Shown: positions 9,676 through 19,648 of the stretch, in pieces
Numbering within the stretch: position 1 is the first letter of the stretch
Layout of the letters: every line of letters begins with the position of its first letter
NCBI RefSeq assembly: GCF_000196355.1
Contig: NC_007614.1
Location: forward strand, 270,001 to 302,000
Direction: 5' to 3'
DNA: 32,000 nucleotides
Source: Nitrosospira multiformis ATCC 25196
GTDB lineage: Bacteria; Pseudomonadota; Gammaproteobacteria; Burkholderiales; Nitrosomonadaceae
Notes under the pieces: model-generated
What the model was told of the DNA's origin: nothing
What the model saw: the letters and a program-made list of their open reading frames with translations, nothing else
The model's database searches: none
Translations under genes and position numbers: made by a program

Positions 9676-10787
9676 AAAAAATTTATCTTGTTGCCGGAGC
9701 TCGTCCCAATTTCATGAAAATTGCGCCGGTCGTGCGCGCTTTGCAGACTCGCAAGTGTCTGGAATTTAAGATTATTCATACTGGCCAGCATTACGACAGG
9801 GAGATGAATGACGTTTTCTTTGAAGAACTCGGCATCCCCCAGCCGGATGTTTTCATGGCTGCGGGTGGCGGAACTCATGCGCAACAGACCGCAAGGATCA
9901 TGATGGCATTCGAAGAGTTTTGTGAGGCTGATCCCCCGGATGCTGTGCTGGTGGTAGGGGATGTGAACTCGACACTGGCCTGTTCCATTGTAGCCAAAAA
10001 GTTGCATATACCCGTGGCTCACGTGGAGGCAGGTTTAAGGAGCGGCGATATCACGATGCCGGAGGAAGTCAACCGTATCGTTACCGATAGCATTTCCGAC
10101 TGGTTTTTCGTGACTGAGCCCAGTGGAATAGATCATTTGAAGCGGGAAGGAAAGCCGGATTCCGCCATTCATTACGTTGGCCACGTGATGATCGATAATT
10201 TACTGTACCAGCTCGAAAAGCTGGAGGACCATGATATTTCAAGTCTTGAAACAAGCCCCTTCAAGGCGAAGCTTGCGATCAACGGAAGTCGTTATGGAGT
10301 CGTGACTCTCCACCGGCCGAGCAATGTGGATAACGTCGAGATGATAACCCGGCTGTGTGGTGCGCTGCGGGAGATTGCCGTGGAATTGCCCCTGATTTTT
10401 CCGGTTCATCCCCGGACGCGGGGGAATCTGGAAAAGTTTGGCATTGAGCTGGGGCCGAACATCACGCTGCTGGGACCGCAGGCATACATGCCTTTTCTTA
10501 ATTTATGGAAAGACGCCGCCGTGGTGCTGACCGACAGTGGAGGATTACAGGAAGAAACCACTGCTCTCGGGGTGCCTTGCGTTACTCTTCGCGATAATAC
10601 CGAACGTCCCATCACTGTGGAAGAGGGGTCCAACGTTTTGGCTGGTACCGATCCGGTCCGCATCATTGGCGAAGTACGAAAGATATTGCATGGAGAAGGC
10701 AAGCGCAGCCAACGGCCCCATCTATGGGATGGAAAAGCGGCTGAACGGATAGTGGATGTGCTGGTGAGGGAAGTAAGTCAGGCGTAA
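9672..10787 (+). CDS. wecB: UDP-N-acetylglucosamine 2-epimerase (non-hydrolysing)
   Basis: GARPNFMKIAPVVRAL, HTGQHYDREMNDVFFEELGIPQPD, HVEAGLRSGDITMPEEVNRIVTD, LTDSGGLQEETTALGVPCVTLRDNTERP. ATGA overlap with the upstream stop. Confidence 0.96.
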   Translation: MKKIYLVAGARPNFMKIAPVVRALQTRKCLEFKIIHTGQHYDREMNDVFFEELGIPQPDVFMAAGGGTHAQQTARIMMAFEEFCEADPPDAVLVVGDVNSTLACSIVAKKLHIPVAHVEAGLRSGDITMPEEVNRIVTDSISDWFFVTEPSGIDHLKREGKPDSAIHYVGHVMIDNLLYQLEKLEDHDISSLETSPFKAKLAINGSRYGVVTLHRPSNVDNVEMITRLCGALREIAVELPLIFPVHPRTRGNLEKFGIELGPNITLLGPQAYMPFLNLWKDAAVVLTDSGGLQEETTALGVPCVTLRDNTERPITVEEGSNVLAGTDPVRIIGEVRKILHGEGKRSQRPHLWDGKAAERIVDVLVREVSQA

Positions 10788-11032
10788 ACACCACGCTGTG
10801 GCTCAGCACGGCTAATAACGGTTACTGGCGGTGTCATCAGCCCAGAGTAAATCTGGAGGAACGTTCGCGATAAGATGTGGCAATTGATCTCTTCCTTTGA
10901 TTGTTTCGAATGGAATTGCTTGAGACGTGGGGTATCGTATCCCTCAAGTATTATTGAAAGGAATCGAGAGAGGAAGAAATCGCGGAAAAGCTGATGACGA
11001 TAAATCGTTTATGCTCTCTCGTCGATGCGTGA

Positions 11033-11061
11033 TTATTGCGAAGGCGCCGAGCCATTATAAT
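11033..11061 (+). promoter_or_regulatory. Possible sigma70 promoter upstream of galE
   Basis: Perfect TATAAT at 11056-11061, about 30 nt before the galE ATG. The -35 element (TTATTG) is weak. Confidence 0.3.
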
Positions 11062-11090
11062 TTCTCTTTTTGAAATGAAGCAGGACACTT

Positions 11091-12152
11091 ATGATCCTTG
11101 TTACCGGCGGCGCAGGCTATATAGGTTCCCACACCTGCCTGGAATTACTGAACGCAGGTCTTGATGTCACTGTATTCGACAATTTTTGTAATAGCCATCC
11201 TGAAGCATTAAGACGGGTTGAGCGCATCACCGGAAAGAAGCTGCGCGTTGTGCAAGGCGACTGCCGTGACCGCTCCTCCGTGACCAAAGCCCTCCATGAG
11301 AGTCAGGCGACCGCGGTTATCCACTTCGCCGGTCTTAAAGCGGTGGGAGAGTCGGTGAAGCAGCCCCTGGCTTACTACGATAATAATGTTGTTGGTACGC
11401 TCCGCTTGCTGGAGGCGATGAATGAGTGTGGAGTGAAAACTCTGGTATTCAGTTCCTCTGCTACTGTTTACGGTGAGCCAAGGCGGCTACCGTTAACCGA
11501 AGATCATCCCCTCTCTGCCACGAATCCCTACGGACGGAGCAAACTGATGATCGAAGAAATTCTGCGCGATGTATATCGCAGTGATTCTTCCTGGCGCTGC
11601 GCCATCCTCAGGTATTTCAATCCTGTTGGAGCACATCCCAGCGGTCTGATCGGTGAAGATCCCAGAGGAACTCCTGATAATCTCATGCCCTTTGTGGCCC
11701 AGGTTGCCATTGGCCGTCGGGAGTATCTGAACGTGTGGGGCAATGACTATCCGACGCCGGATGGAACGGGCGTACGCGATTACATTCATGTCGTGGACTT
11801 GGCGTTAGGTCATCTCAAAGCCCTCGAAGCTCTGGAGAATCCGGAAGTGCGCAATGCAGAGGCCGTTGACAGGCAAGGAGGATGCCTGACGGTAAACCTC
11901 GGGACCGGGACGGGCTATAGTGTGCTGGAAATGATAAGGGCTTTTGAAAAGGCGAGTGGGCAAAAGGTATCATACAGAATTGCTTCCCGCCGCCCGGGGG
12001 ATATTGCCTCATGCTATGCTGAGCCCGGACTCGCATCCGATCTCCTCGGCTGGCGGGCAAAGCGAGGGCTGGAAGAAATGTGCGTTGACACCTGGCACTG
12101 GCAGAACCAGAATCCCGAGGGATATGGAAGCGAGAGTTCACATTTGGACTAG
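11091..12152 (+). CDS. galE: UDP-glucose 4-epimerase
   Basis: [23 protein letters not shown]; SSSATVYGEP; NPYGRSKLMIEEIL; RYFNPVGAHPSGLIGEDP; NLMPFVAQVAIGRREYLNVWGNDYPTPDGTGVRDYIHVVDLALGH. Confidence 0.97.
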   Translation: MILVTGGAGYIGSHTCLELLNAGLDVTVFDNFCNSHPEALRRVERITGKKLRVVQGDCRDRSSVTKALHESQATAVIHFAGLKAVGESVKQPLAYYDNNVVGTLRLLEAMNECGVKTLVFSSSATVYGEPRRLPLTEDHPLSATNPYGRSKLMIEEILRDVYRSDSSWRCAILRYFNPVGAHPSGLIGEDPRGTPDNLMPFVAQVAIGRREYLNVWGNDYPTPDGTGVRDYIHVVDLALGHLKALEALENPEVRNAEAVDRQGGCLTVNLGTGTGYSVLEMIRAFEKASGQKVSYRIASRRPGDIASCYAEPGLASDLLGWRAKRGLEEMCVDTWHWQNQNPEGYGSESSHLD

Positions 12153-12253
12153 AGTGAGTGGGTTCTGATTTCTTTGTCGCTATCACCGCTTTCCTGCCAG
12201 GGTTCCCGGTAAATCCGCTCGAGTAGCAACGATTCGTTCTTCGTAAAAACTTT

Positions 12254-13699
12254 ATGCAATCATTGGTTCCCATTGTCCTCTCCGGCGGGTCCGGAACCCG
12301 CCTGTGGCCTCTTTCACGCCAGAAATATCCGAAACAGCTCCTGTCTTTTATCGGTGAAGACTCGCTGTTGCAAGCAACCCTCCGCCGCATGGAAGGACTC
12401 ACCGATGTCGAGCTTGGAGCGCCTCTCGTCATTTGCAACGAGGAGTACCGCTTTGTCATCGCCGAGCAACTGCGGCTCATGGGAACAAAAGGGAATATTC
12501 TGCTCGAACCAGTGGGACGTAATACTGCCCCCGCACTTACACTGGCTGCACTTGCGGCAATGCGGGATGGAGGCGATCCGGTTCTGCTGGTGATGCCGGC
12601 AGATCATGTGATCGTTGATGTGCCCTGTTTTCAAATGGCCATTCGCGCAGGTATGGGGCTGGCGGCGGGGGGTGCAGTGGTAACATTTGGAATCACGCCG
12701 GATTCGCCGGAAACAGGCTATGGCTATATTGAAGCCGGTGAGGCATTGGGAAAGGGTGGAGCAAGCCGGATAGCGCGCTTTGTTGAAAAACCCGATCGTG
12801 CCACCGCACAAACATATCTCGAGACTGGCTCCTATTTCTGGAACAGCGGCCTATTCATGATGACGGCTTCGGTATGGCTTGCTGTCATAGACGCCTGTCG
12901 TCCCGATATTTCAACCGCTTGTCGTGCAGCCTGGGAGAAGGGGGTGGTCGATGGCGATTTTTTACGTGTCAACAAGGAAGAGTTTCTGCGTTGTCCGAGC
13001 GATTCGATTGATTATGCCGTAATGGAGCGCCTCGCCCACGATGACTCTTTGCCGGCCGGCGTATTCATTCCGCTCTCCGCGGGATGGTCCGATGTGGGGT
13101 CCTGGGACTCCTTATGGCAGGTTCTGCCCAAGGATCATCAAGGCAACGTGTCTCAAGGCGATGTGCTGTTGAATGATTGCCGCAACGTATTGGCCTTGTC
13201 GGAGCATCGGCTCGTGGCCTGCGTGGGGATCGAAGACATGGTGGTGATTGAAACCCCAGATGCCATCCTCGTGGCTCACATGAACAAAACCCAGCATGTA
13301 AAGAAAATCGTGGACGACCTCAAACGCAAAGGCCGGCCGGAGAGCGAACTGCACCGAAAGGTATTCCGTCCCTGGGGGTGGTATGACGGAGTCGATTCGG
13401 GTGAGCGTTTCCAGGTAAAGCGGATCGTTGTCAAGCCAGGCGCTTCGTTGTCGCTTCAGATGCACCATCATCGTGCCGAGCATTGGATCGTCGTACATGG
13501 AACTGCACAGGTAACGCGTGGCGATACGACTTATCTTGTGTCGGAAAATGAATCTACTTTCATACCATTGGGCACGCGGCATCGTTTGCAGAATCCTGGT
13601 TGCGTTCCATTGGAGATGATAGAGGTTCAGTCGGGTTCATATTTGGGAGAAGACGACATCGTGCGATTCGAGGATGTTTACGGAAGAAAGGAAAGCTGA
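12254..13699 (+). CDS. manC: Mannose-1-phosphate guanylyltransferase / mannose-6-phosphate isomerase (bifunctional)
   Basis: PIVLSGGSGTRLWPLSRQKYPKQLL, N-terminal pyrophosphorylase and C-terminal cupin (FRPWGWYDGVDSGERFQVKRIVVKPGASLSLQMHHHRAEHWIVVHGTAQV). Confidence 0.96.
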   Translation: MQSLVPIVLSGGSGTRLWPLSRQKYPKQLLSFIGEDSLLQATLRRMEGLTDVELGAPLVICNEEYRFVIAEQLRLMGTKGNILLEPVGRNTAPALTLAALAAMRDGGDPVLLVMPADHVIVDVPCFQMAIRAGMGLAAGGAVVTFGITPDSPETGYGYIEAGEALGKGGASRIARFVEKPDRATAQTYLETGSYFWNSGLFMMTASVWLAVIDACRPDISTACRAAWEKGVVDGDFLRVNKEEFLRCPSDSIDYAVMERLAHDDSLPAGVFIPLSAGWSDVGSWDSLWQVLPKDHQGNVSQGDVLLNDCRNVLALSEHRLVACVGIEDMVVIETPDAILVAHMNKTQHVKKIVDDLKRKGRPESELHRKVFRPWGWYDGVDSGERFQVKRIVVKPGASLSLQMHHHRAEHWIVVHGTAQVTRGDTTYLVSENESTFIPLGTRHRLQNPGCVPLEMIEVQSGSYLGEDDIVRFEDVYGRKES

Positions 13700-13705
13700 A
13701 GGCTC

Positions 13706-13748
13706 GATCAATTTTCCTAGCTAGTCCTATCGGTCTATTGATCATTTT
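13706..13748 (+). terminator. Candidate terminator after manC
   Basis: GATCAAT (13706-13712) ... ATTGATC (13737-13743) followed by ATTTTTC. The loop is long (24 nt), so weak. Confidence 0.3.
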
Positions 13749-13838
13749 TCCATGGAGTGTAATCTTCCATTATCGAGGCCCGCGAATTTCTTTCGCACCT
13801 CGGTACAATAGGTATCACCAACAAAAAAATTGTCAACC

Positions 13839-13859
13839 ACTCTTCCATATATGAAGAGT
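13839..13859. repeat. Short perfect inverted repeat ACTCTTC-N7-GAAGAGT in the 5' region of a PEP-CTERM gene
   Basis: Read directly: actcttc catatat gaagagt, about 50 nt upstream of the ATG at 13912. Confidence 0.6.
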
Positions 13860-13911
13860 TATGCAGGACCGGTTGGCTACTTCCATGTACATGACGATTA
13901 GGAGGTATAAG

Positions 13912-14481
13912 ATGACTAAATTTCCAGTGAAACACGCTATTGCAGTTGCGGTTCTCGCGGGGGCGAGTATGGGTGCCCAAGCGGATACGATGACGGATCT
14001 CGGCACGCTATCCACGTCTACTCCCACGACTTTCTCGGGGATCGTAGGGCCCACTCATGCGGGTTTTAGCGATATCTTCACGTTTACACCGCAGGAGCCC
14101 AATTTTGGTGCTGGAGCAACGGTAGTAAACCTTCCGCTCAGCTTTGGCGGATTTAGCTTTGATACAGCCCTTGCCACCATGTCGCTTGTTTCAGCGGGCG
14201 CCGATGGGATAGCTGGTAATAGCGACGATAGCGTTCTACAGTCCGTTGTGCTTCCCTCACCCGGCAACAGTCAAGATAGCCTGACCCTGCATTGGGACAC
14301 TCCCATGTCAGGTTTGCACTATCTTAATATTACCGGTGTGGCAGTTGGCAGCGAGGGTGGTATATATAGTGGCGCAATTGCTGCAGCGATACCTGAACCC
14401 GAAACATATGCGATGCTTCTGGCTGGTTTGGGGCTCATGGGCGCCGTCGTTCGTCGCCGGGGAATGCGCAAAACTTCATAA
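13912..14481 (+). CDS. FxDxF-type PEP-CTERM protein (exosortase cargo)
   Basis: RBS ggaggt at 13901-13906 supports start at 13912 rather than 13861. Signal peptide MTKFPVKHAIAVAVLAGASMGAQA; GFSDIFTFT motif; C-terminal IPEPETYAMLLAGLGLMGAVVRRRG. Confidence 0.9.
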   Translation: MTKFPVKHAIAVAVLAGASMGAQADTMTDLGTLSTSTPTTFSGIVGPTHAGFSDIFTFTPQEPNFGAGATVVNLPLSFGGFSFDTALATMSLVSAGADGIAGNSDDSVLQSVVLPSPGNSQDSLTLHWDTPMSGLHYLNITGVAVGSEGGIYSGAIAAAIPEPETYAMLLAGLGLMGAVVRRRGMRKTS

Positions 14482-14513
14482 GCGAAGATTCGCAGTCCTT
14501 TGCTCTTTTGACG

Positions 14514-14531
14514 CGGCCCCTTCGGGGGCCG
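14514..14531 (+). terminator. Stable CGGCCCC-TTCG-GGGGCCG hairpin downstream of the PEP-CTERM gene
   Basis: Perfect 7-bp GC-rich stem with UUCG tetraloop 33 nt after the stop codon. There is no clean U-run directly after it. Confidence 0.55.
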
Positions 14532-14811
14532 TTCTCATTTCCTGGCTGGAATGTTCTTTTCATTCCGGCGGATTTTTGAGTTTTTGGTTTACCTGCCTCC
14601 CCTTTTTGAGTAAGGGGTCTTTCATCCCCTCAAAGGAATGCTTTGAACGCTTTCCTGATCCGGGGTGTTTTGCTCGTAACCCGCGTGTAATCGAAACTTC
14701 TTTCGATGCTTCACGAGCGCTGGGTTTTTCCAAAGGCCGGAAAACCTGTTCATCAAACCAGCAGTAGGGCATTCAGATCGGCGGTGGGAAGGGCAGGCTG
14801 ACTGATTGATT

Positions 14812-14971
14812 GATTTTTGTTGGCATGACCTGTCCATGCCCGGGCAAGGTGGCATATGCAAAACGGCACTCCTTTGCACATCCTCCAGGAGCTCGGGGGT
14901 GGGCATTTATAAAGATGGTGCGGTGGTATGCCCATCTCTCAAGCGAACATCTGCGAGCCTGGGTGGAGAAA
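14812..14971 (+). pseudogene. Degraded C-terminal fragment of a phage-type tyrosine recombinase/integrase
   Basis: Segments in three successive frames: DFCWHDL (14812-14832), HARARWHMQNGTPLHILQELGG (14835-14900), WAFIKMVRWYAHLSSEHLRAWVEK (14900-14971). Together they resemble the canonical ...[40 protein letters not shown].EHL.... pattern. Confidence 0.85.
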
Positions 14972-15112
14972 CCGACGCTGGAACTGATAGTGAACAATGT
15001 GCCTCGCACCGGGACGGAAGGCTGTTCCCTCACAGTTTTGACACAGTCACTTCAAGGAAGGGAATAACGCAGTATTGCTACTGAGACAAGTTACCGAAAA
15101 GCAACTTTAAAC

Positions 15113-15189
15113 TGGTAGGCGCGATTGGACTCGAACCAACGACCCCCACCATGTCAAGGTGGTGCTCTAACCAGCTGAGCTACGCGCCT
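15113..15189 (-). tRNA. tRNA-Val (anticodon GAC), CCA encoded
   Basis: Reverse complement AGGCGCGTAGCTCAGCTGGTTAGAGCACCACCTTGACATGGTGGGGGTCGTTGGTTCGAGTCCAATCGCGCCTACCA folds as a cloverleaf; anticodon loop TTGACAT. Confidence 0.97.
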
Positions 15190-15207
15190 GCAAGGCGCAA
15201 TTTTAGC

Positions 15208-15236
15208 TGAAACGGTGCGGACGTTCAAACTATAAT
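15208..15236 (+). promoter_or_regulatory. Possible sigma70 promoter for the pseudouridine synthase gene
   Basis: Perfect TATAAT at 15231-15236. The -35 region is weak (TGAAAC). Confidence 0.3.
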
Positions 15237-15300
15237 GTGCAATTCTTGAACGATGTGTCGTTATGTTTCGTGAATCTTTTTCGTTCAGCCGCAGGAAGCA

Positions 15301-16032
15301 ATGGAAAAAATCCGGTTATCCAAGCTTATGTCCCAGAAGGGGTTGTGTTCGCGCCGGGAAGCGGATGATTATATCGAACGCGGCTGGGTATTTGTGGATG
15401 GTGAGCGCATCAGTCAATTAGGTATCAAGGTTTTTCCTACGCAGGAAATAAAGCTTGCGCGCATGGCGCAAGCGCAGCAGTGTGATCAAATTACCGTACT
15501 GTTGCATAAGCCCGTCGGGTATGTTTCAGGACAACCCGAGCGAGGATACAAGCCCGCGATCAGCCTCATCAATAGAGAATCGGAGTTTCAGGATAGCAAG
15601 GCATCATCCAGTTTTAGCCCACTGAATTTGAAAGGCATGGCGCCGGCGGGCCGGTTGGATATCGATTCAAGCGGATTGCTCGTGTTTACCCAGGACGGTC
15701 GCATCGCAAGGAAATTGATCGGTGCCGAATCCGAGATTGAAAAGGAGTATCTTGTACGTGCGGAAGGAGAGGTGTCCCAGCGTACCCTGAATCTGTTAAG
15801 TCACGGCTTGAGTCTGGATGGGCAGGCACTGAAACGTGCCGTGGTGGTCCAGCAAAATAAGGACCAGTTGAGGTTCATTTTAAAGGAAGGTAGGAAGCGG
15901 CAGATTCGTAGAATGTGCGAACTAGTTGGTTTGAAGGTCACAGGACTGAAACGCGTTCGCATCGGCAAGGTAAGGCTGGGCGAGCTTCCCTTGGGAAAGT
16001 GGCGTTATTTGCGGCCAGGCGAAGAGTTTTAA
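15301..16032 (+). CDS. rluF: RluF-like 23S rRNA pseudouridine synthase
   Basis: S4 domain [31 protein letters not shown]; [12 protein letters not shown]; [26 protein letters not shown]; [39 protein letters not shown]. Confidence 0.9.
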   Translation: MEKIRLSKLMSQKGLCSRREADDYIERGWVFVDGERISQLGIKVFPTQEIKLARMAQAQQCDQITVLLHKPVGYVSGQPERGYKPAISLINRESEFQDSKASSSFSPLNLKGMAPAGRLDIDSSGLLVFTQDGRIARKLIGAESEIEKEYLVRAEGEVSQRTLNLLSHGLSLDGQALKRAVVVQQNKDQLRFILKEGRKRQIRRMCELVGLKVTGLKRVRIGKVRLGELPLGKWRYLRPGEEF

Positions 16033-16145
16033 CCCCGTATTCTGCGTTTTTTCCATTTTGCTATCATCAGGATTTATCGGGAGGACCAGGCGGTAAGGGT
16101 GATTAAACAACATAACGATAACTTAATAAGTTCAAGGAAGAGCAA

Positions 16146-17207
16146 ATGATTCTGGTAACAGGAGGCGCCGGATTTATCGGGGCAAATTTCGTATTGGATT
16201 GGTTGGAGCGATCTGACGAGGCGATCATCAACCTCGATGTGCTCACCTATGCTGGCAACCTGGAGAACCTGAAAACGCTGGAGGGTGACAAGCGGCATGT
16301 TTTTGTACAAGGCGATATTGGTAATTCCGACCTCCTGATTCATCTGCTAAAGGACTATCGGCCGCGGGCCATCCTTAATTTTGCCGCGGAGAGTCATGTC
16401 GATCGTTCCATACATGGTCCGGAGGACTTCATACAGACCAACATCGTGGGTACCTTCCGTCTTCTGGAAGCATCTCGCGATTACTGGAGCAGATTGAAGG
16501 AAAATGAAAAACAGCAGTTTCGTTTTCTGCACGTCTCAACCGATGAGGTTTATGGCTCGCTGGCAAAAGACGAAATGCCTTTTACCGAGACCCATCGTTA
16601 CGAACCCAACAGCCCTTACTCGGCAAGCAAGGCAGCAAGCGATCATTTGGTGCGCGCCTATCACCACACCTACGGGTTGCCTGTTCTCACCACAAACTGC
16701 TCCAACAATTACGGGCCATATCAATTTCCCGAAAAGCTCATCCCGCTTATGATCGTCAATGCACTGGCGGGAAAGTCATTGCCGGTCTACGGCGATGGCC
16801 AGCAAATCCGTGACTGGCTCTACGTAAAAGATCATTGCAGCGCCATTCGCCGTGTGCTGGAGGATGGCATTCCGGGACAGATTTATAATATCGGCGGCTG
16901 GAATGAAAAACCCAACATCGAAATTGTGGAAACAATCTGTAGCCTGCTCGACACGTTCCGTCCCCGGGAGGGCCACTCCTATCGCAATCTGATTAAATAT
17001 GTGGCGGATCGTCCAGGCCATGACCGGCGCTATGCGATCGATGCGAGCAAAATCGAGCGTGAGCTGGGTTGGAGACCTGCTGAAACTTTTGAAACGGGAA
17101 TCAGCAAAACCGTGCAATGGTATCTCGACAACGCGGCTTGGGTCACCCATGTTCAATCCGGCGCTTACCGGCACTGGGTGGAGAAGAACTACAAAGAGCG
17201 CGCTTGA
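16146..17207 (+). CDS. rfbB: dTDP-glucose 4,6-dehydratase
   Basis: [20 protein letters not shown]; [11 protein letters not shown]; [20 protein letters not shown]; [32 protein letters not shown]. Confidence 0.97.
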   Translation: MILVTGGAGFIGANFVLDWLERSDEAIINLDVLTYAGNLENLKTLEGDKRHVFVQGDIGNSDLLIHLLKDYRPRAILNFAAESHVDRSIHGPEDFIQTNIVGTFRLLEASRDYWSRLKENEKQQFRFLHVSTDEVYGSLAKDEMPFTETHRYEPNSPYSASKAASDHLVRAYHHTYGLPVLTTNCSNNYGPYQFPEKLIPLMIVNALAGKSLPVYGDGQQIRDWLYVKDHCSAIRRVLEDGIPGQIYNIGGWNEKPNIEIVETICSLLDTFRPREGHSYRNLIKYVADRPGHDRRYAIDASKIERELGWRPAETFETGISKTVQWYLDNAAWVTHVQSGAYRHWVEKNYKERA

Positions 17208-18109
17208 TGAAAATTCTGCTGTTCGGAAAAGACGGCCAGGTTGGGTGGGAACTGCAGCGCAGCCTTGCCCCCCTGGGGGAGATAGTGGCTCTGGATTTTG
17301 GCAGCCAGGAATACTGCGGTGACTTTACGCGCTGCGATGGAATCGCGGATACCGTTCGGACAGTTGTGCCGGACGTGATCGTGAATGCCGCCGCCTATAC
17401 AGCGGTGGACAAGGCTGAAAGCGAGCCGGAGCGTGTCCGTATCATCAACGCCCTCGCTCCCGCTATACTCGCCCGCGAGGCCGGCAAGCTGGGTGCCTGG
17501 CTGGTACATTATTCCACCGATTATGTATTTGACGGGGGTGGAAGCGCGCCTCGGGTAGAAACCGACCCCCCCGCCCCTTTAAATATGTACGGCATAACCA
17601 AGCTGGAAGGCGAGCAAGCGATTCTGACCGCGGATTGCAATCATCTCATCTTTCGCACGAGTTGGGTTTTTGCAGCGCGTGGCAGTAATTTCGCAAAAAC
17701 CATGCTGCGCCTGGCGCAGCAACGCGATAGTCTCAATGTTATCGATGACCAGGTCGGTGCTCCTACCGGCGCGGAGCTTCTAGCCGACATCACTGCTCAC
17801 GTCATACGGATAAGCAGGCAGCGCCAGAATATCTCGGGGCTTTATCATCTGGCTGCCGCGGGTGAAACATCGTGGTACGGGTATGCGAATTTTGTATTGA
17901 ACTTTGCGCGGCAGAGGGGAGTCAAGCTCACGGCCGCGCCGGAAAATGTTTTCCCGATAGCAAGCAACGAATTTCCATCCGCCGCCCGGCGGCCAAAAAA
18001 CTCGCGCCTCGATACCGCAAAACTGCAAAGCACATTCGATTTAAGCTTGCCGTCATGGGAGACAGGGGTTGCGCGCATGCTCACCGAAATTCTCGAGAAA
18101 CCACTATGA
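17207..18109 (+). CDS. rfbD: dTDP-4-dehydrorhamnose reductase
   Basis: [30 protein letters not shown]; [19 protein letters not shown]; YSTDYVFDG; [15 protein letters not shown] at 17207 overlaps the rfbB TGA; the ORF-track start at 17117 lies inside rfbB. Confidence 0.95.
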   Translation: MKILLFGKDGQVGWELQRSLAPLGEIVALDFGSQEYCGDFTRCDGIADTVRTVVPDVIVNAAAYTAVDKAESEPERVRIINALAPAILAREAGKLGAWLVHYSTDYVFDGGGSAPRVETDPPAPLNMYGITKLEGEQAILTADCNHLIFRTSWVFAARGSNFAKTMLRLAQQRDSLNVIDDQVGAPTGAELLADITAHVIRISRQRQNISGLYHLAAAGETSWYGYANFVLNFARQRGVKLTAAPENVFPIASNEFPSAARRPKNSRLDTAKLQSTFDLSLPSWETGVARMLTEILEKPL

Positions 18110-18993
18110 TTCAGCGTAAAGGCATCATTCTTGCCGGCGGCTCCGGCACACGGCTCTATCCGGTGACAAAAGCAGTCTCCAAACAACTGCTGCCTATTTA
18201 CGACAAGCCCATGATCTACTATCCGCTCAGCACATTGATGCTCGCGGGTATTCGCGACATTCTCATTATTTCCACTCCCCAGGATACCTCGCGTTTCGAG
18301 CAGCTTCTGGGCGATGGGGGCGGTTGGGGCTTGAATCTGCAATATGCGGTGCAAAACAGTCCGGATGGGCTCGCTCATGCTTTTATCATTGGCAGGGATT
18401 TCATTGGAAGGGATTCAAGCGCGCTTGTGTTGGGTGATAACATTTTCTATGGTCACGATCTGCATCTGCAATTACAGCGTGCCATGGAAAGACAGGAAGG
18501 CGCGACGGTCTTTGCCTATCATGTCCAGGATCCGCAGCGCTACGGAGTCGTCGCCTTTGATGCAAATCACCGCGTTTCTTCGCTGGAAGAAAAACCCGCC
18601 CAACCCAAAAGCAACTATGCGGTGACCGGCCTGTATTTCTACGATAATCAGGTAGTGGATATTGCCAGTGACCTCAAGCCTTCCGCACGCGGCGAGCTGG
18701 AAATCACCGATGTCAATCGCACTTATCTCAAACACAATCAACTCAATGTGGAAATCATGGGGCGCGGCTATGCCTGGCTGGATACCGGCACGCACGAAAG
18801 CCTGATAGAAGCGAGCAACTTCATTGAAACCATTGAGCATCGTCAGGGGCTCAAAGTGGCCTGTCCGGAAGAGATCGCCTTTCGCCAGGGTTTCATCAGT
18901 AGTGAGCAACTTGAGAAGCTCGCGCAACCTCTGGCCAAGAATGGTTACGGCCAATACTTGAAACGCTTGCTAGAGGAACAGGTGGTTACATGA
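18106..18993 (+). CDS. rfbA: Glucose-1-phosphate thymidylyltransferase
   Basis: [48 protein letters not shown] at 18106 overlaps the rfbD stop (ATGA). Confidence 0.97.
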   Translation: MIQRKGIILAGGSGTRLYPVTKAVSKQLLPIYDKPMIYYPLSTLMLAGIRDILIISTPQDTSRFEQLLGDGGGWGLNLQYAVQNSPDGLAHAFIIGRDFIGRDSSALVLGDNIFYGHDLHLQLQRAMERQEGATVFAYHVQDPQRYGVVAFDANHRVSSLEEKPAQPKSNYAVTGLYFYDNQVVDIASDLKPSARGELEITDVNRTYLKHNQLNVEIMGRGYAWLDTGTHESLIEASNFIETIEHRQGLKVACPEEIAFRQGFISSEQLEKLAQPLAKNGYGQYLKRLLEEQVVT

Positions 18994-19541
18994 AGGTTAT
19001 CGCCACCTCTATCCCGGAGGTCATGATAATCGAGCCTAAAGTATTCGGAGATAGTCGCGGATTTTTCTTCGAAAGCTTCAATCAGGAAAATTTCCGGCAG
19101 GCGACCGGACTTGACGTGCGGTTTGTACAGGATAATCATAGCCGCTCTGTCAAGGGTGTACTGCGTGGCCTGCACTATCAGGTTCGTCGGCCGCAGGGAA
19201 AGCTGGTACGTGTCGTGCGGGGAGCAGTATTCGACGTAGCAGTGGATATTCGCAGATCATCCCCTACTTTTGGCCATTGGGTCGGGGTCGAATTGACTGA
19301 AGACAATTACCGCCAGTTGTGGTTGCCGCCCGGATTCGCGCATGGATTCTATGTCCTCAGTGACATTGCAGATTTCTTATATAAAACCACCGAGTACTAT
19401 TTTTCTGATTTTGATCGCAGTATTCTGTGGAACGACCCGGGAATTGCCATCGGATGGCCCATCGAGGCAGGTGTAAGCCCTGTCGTTTCCAGCAAAGATG
19501 AAAAGGCGGCGAGACTGGTTCATGCCGAGGTGTTCGAATGA
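18990..19541 (+). CDS. rfbC: dTDP-4-dehydrorhamnose 3,5-epimerase
   Basis: [47 protein letters not shown]; [21 protein letters not shown] overlaps the rfbA stop (ATGA). Confidence 0.97.
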   Translation: MKVIATSIPEVMIIEPKVFGDSRGFFFESFNQENFRQATGLDVRFVQDNHSRSVKGVLRGLHYQVRRPQGKLVRVVRGAVFDVAVDIRRSSPTFGHWVGVELTEDNYRQLWLPPGFAHGFYVLSDIADFLYKTTEYYFSDFDRSILWNDPGIAIGWPIEAGVSPVVSSKDEKAARLVHAEVFE

Positions 19542-19648
19542 AGTCGCGCGGTGTTCCAGGTTCGTGAAATAATGGCCGGATGTGGAAAGGAAGCAGATGG
19601 CGCGTCAGATCGAGTCGATACCAGACAAAGAACAGTGAGTATCCGGAA

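Noticed and set aside
14336-14772. ORFs 14336-14767 (+) and 14560-14772 (-)
   Set aside because: The first overlaps the PEP-CTERM coding end in another frame and runs through the hairpin. Both are low-complexity and motif-free, so probably chance ORFs.
16776-17174. 132-aa minus-strand ORF within rfbB
   Set aside because: Fully antisense to a conserved dehydratase, with no independent support.
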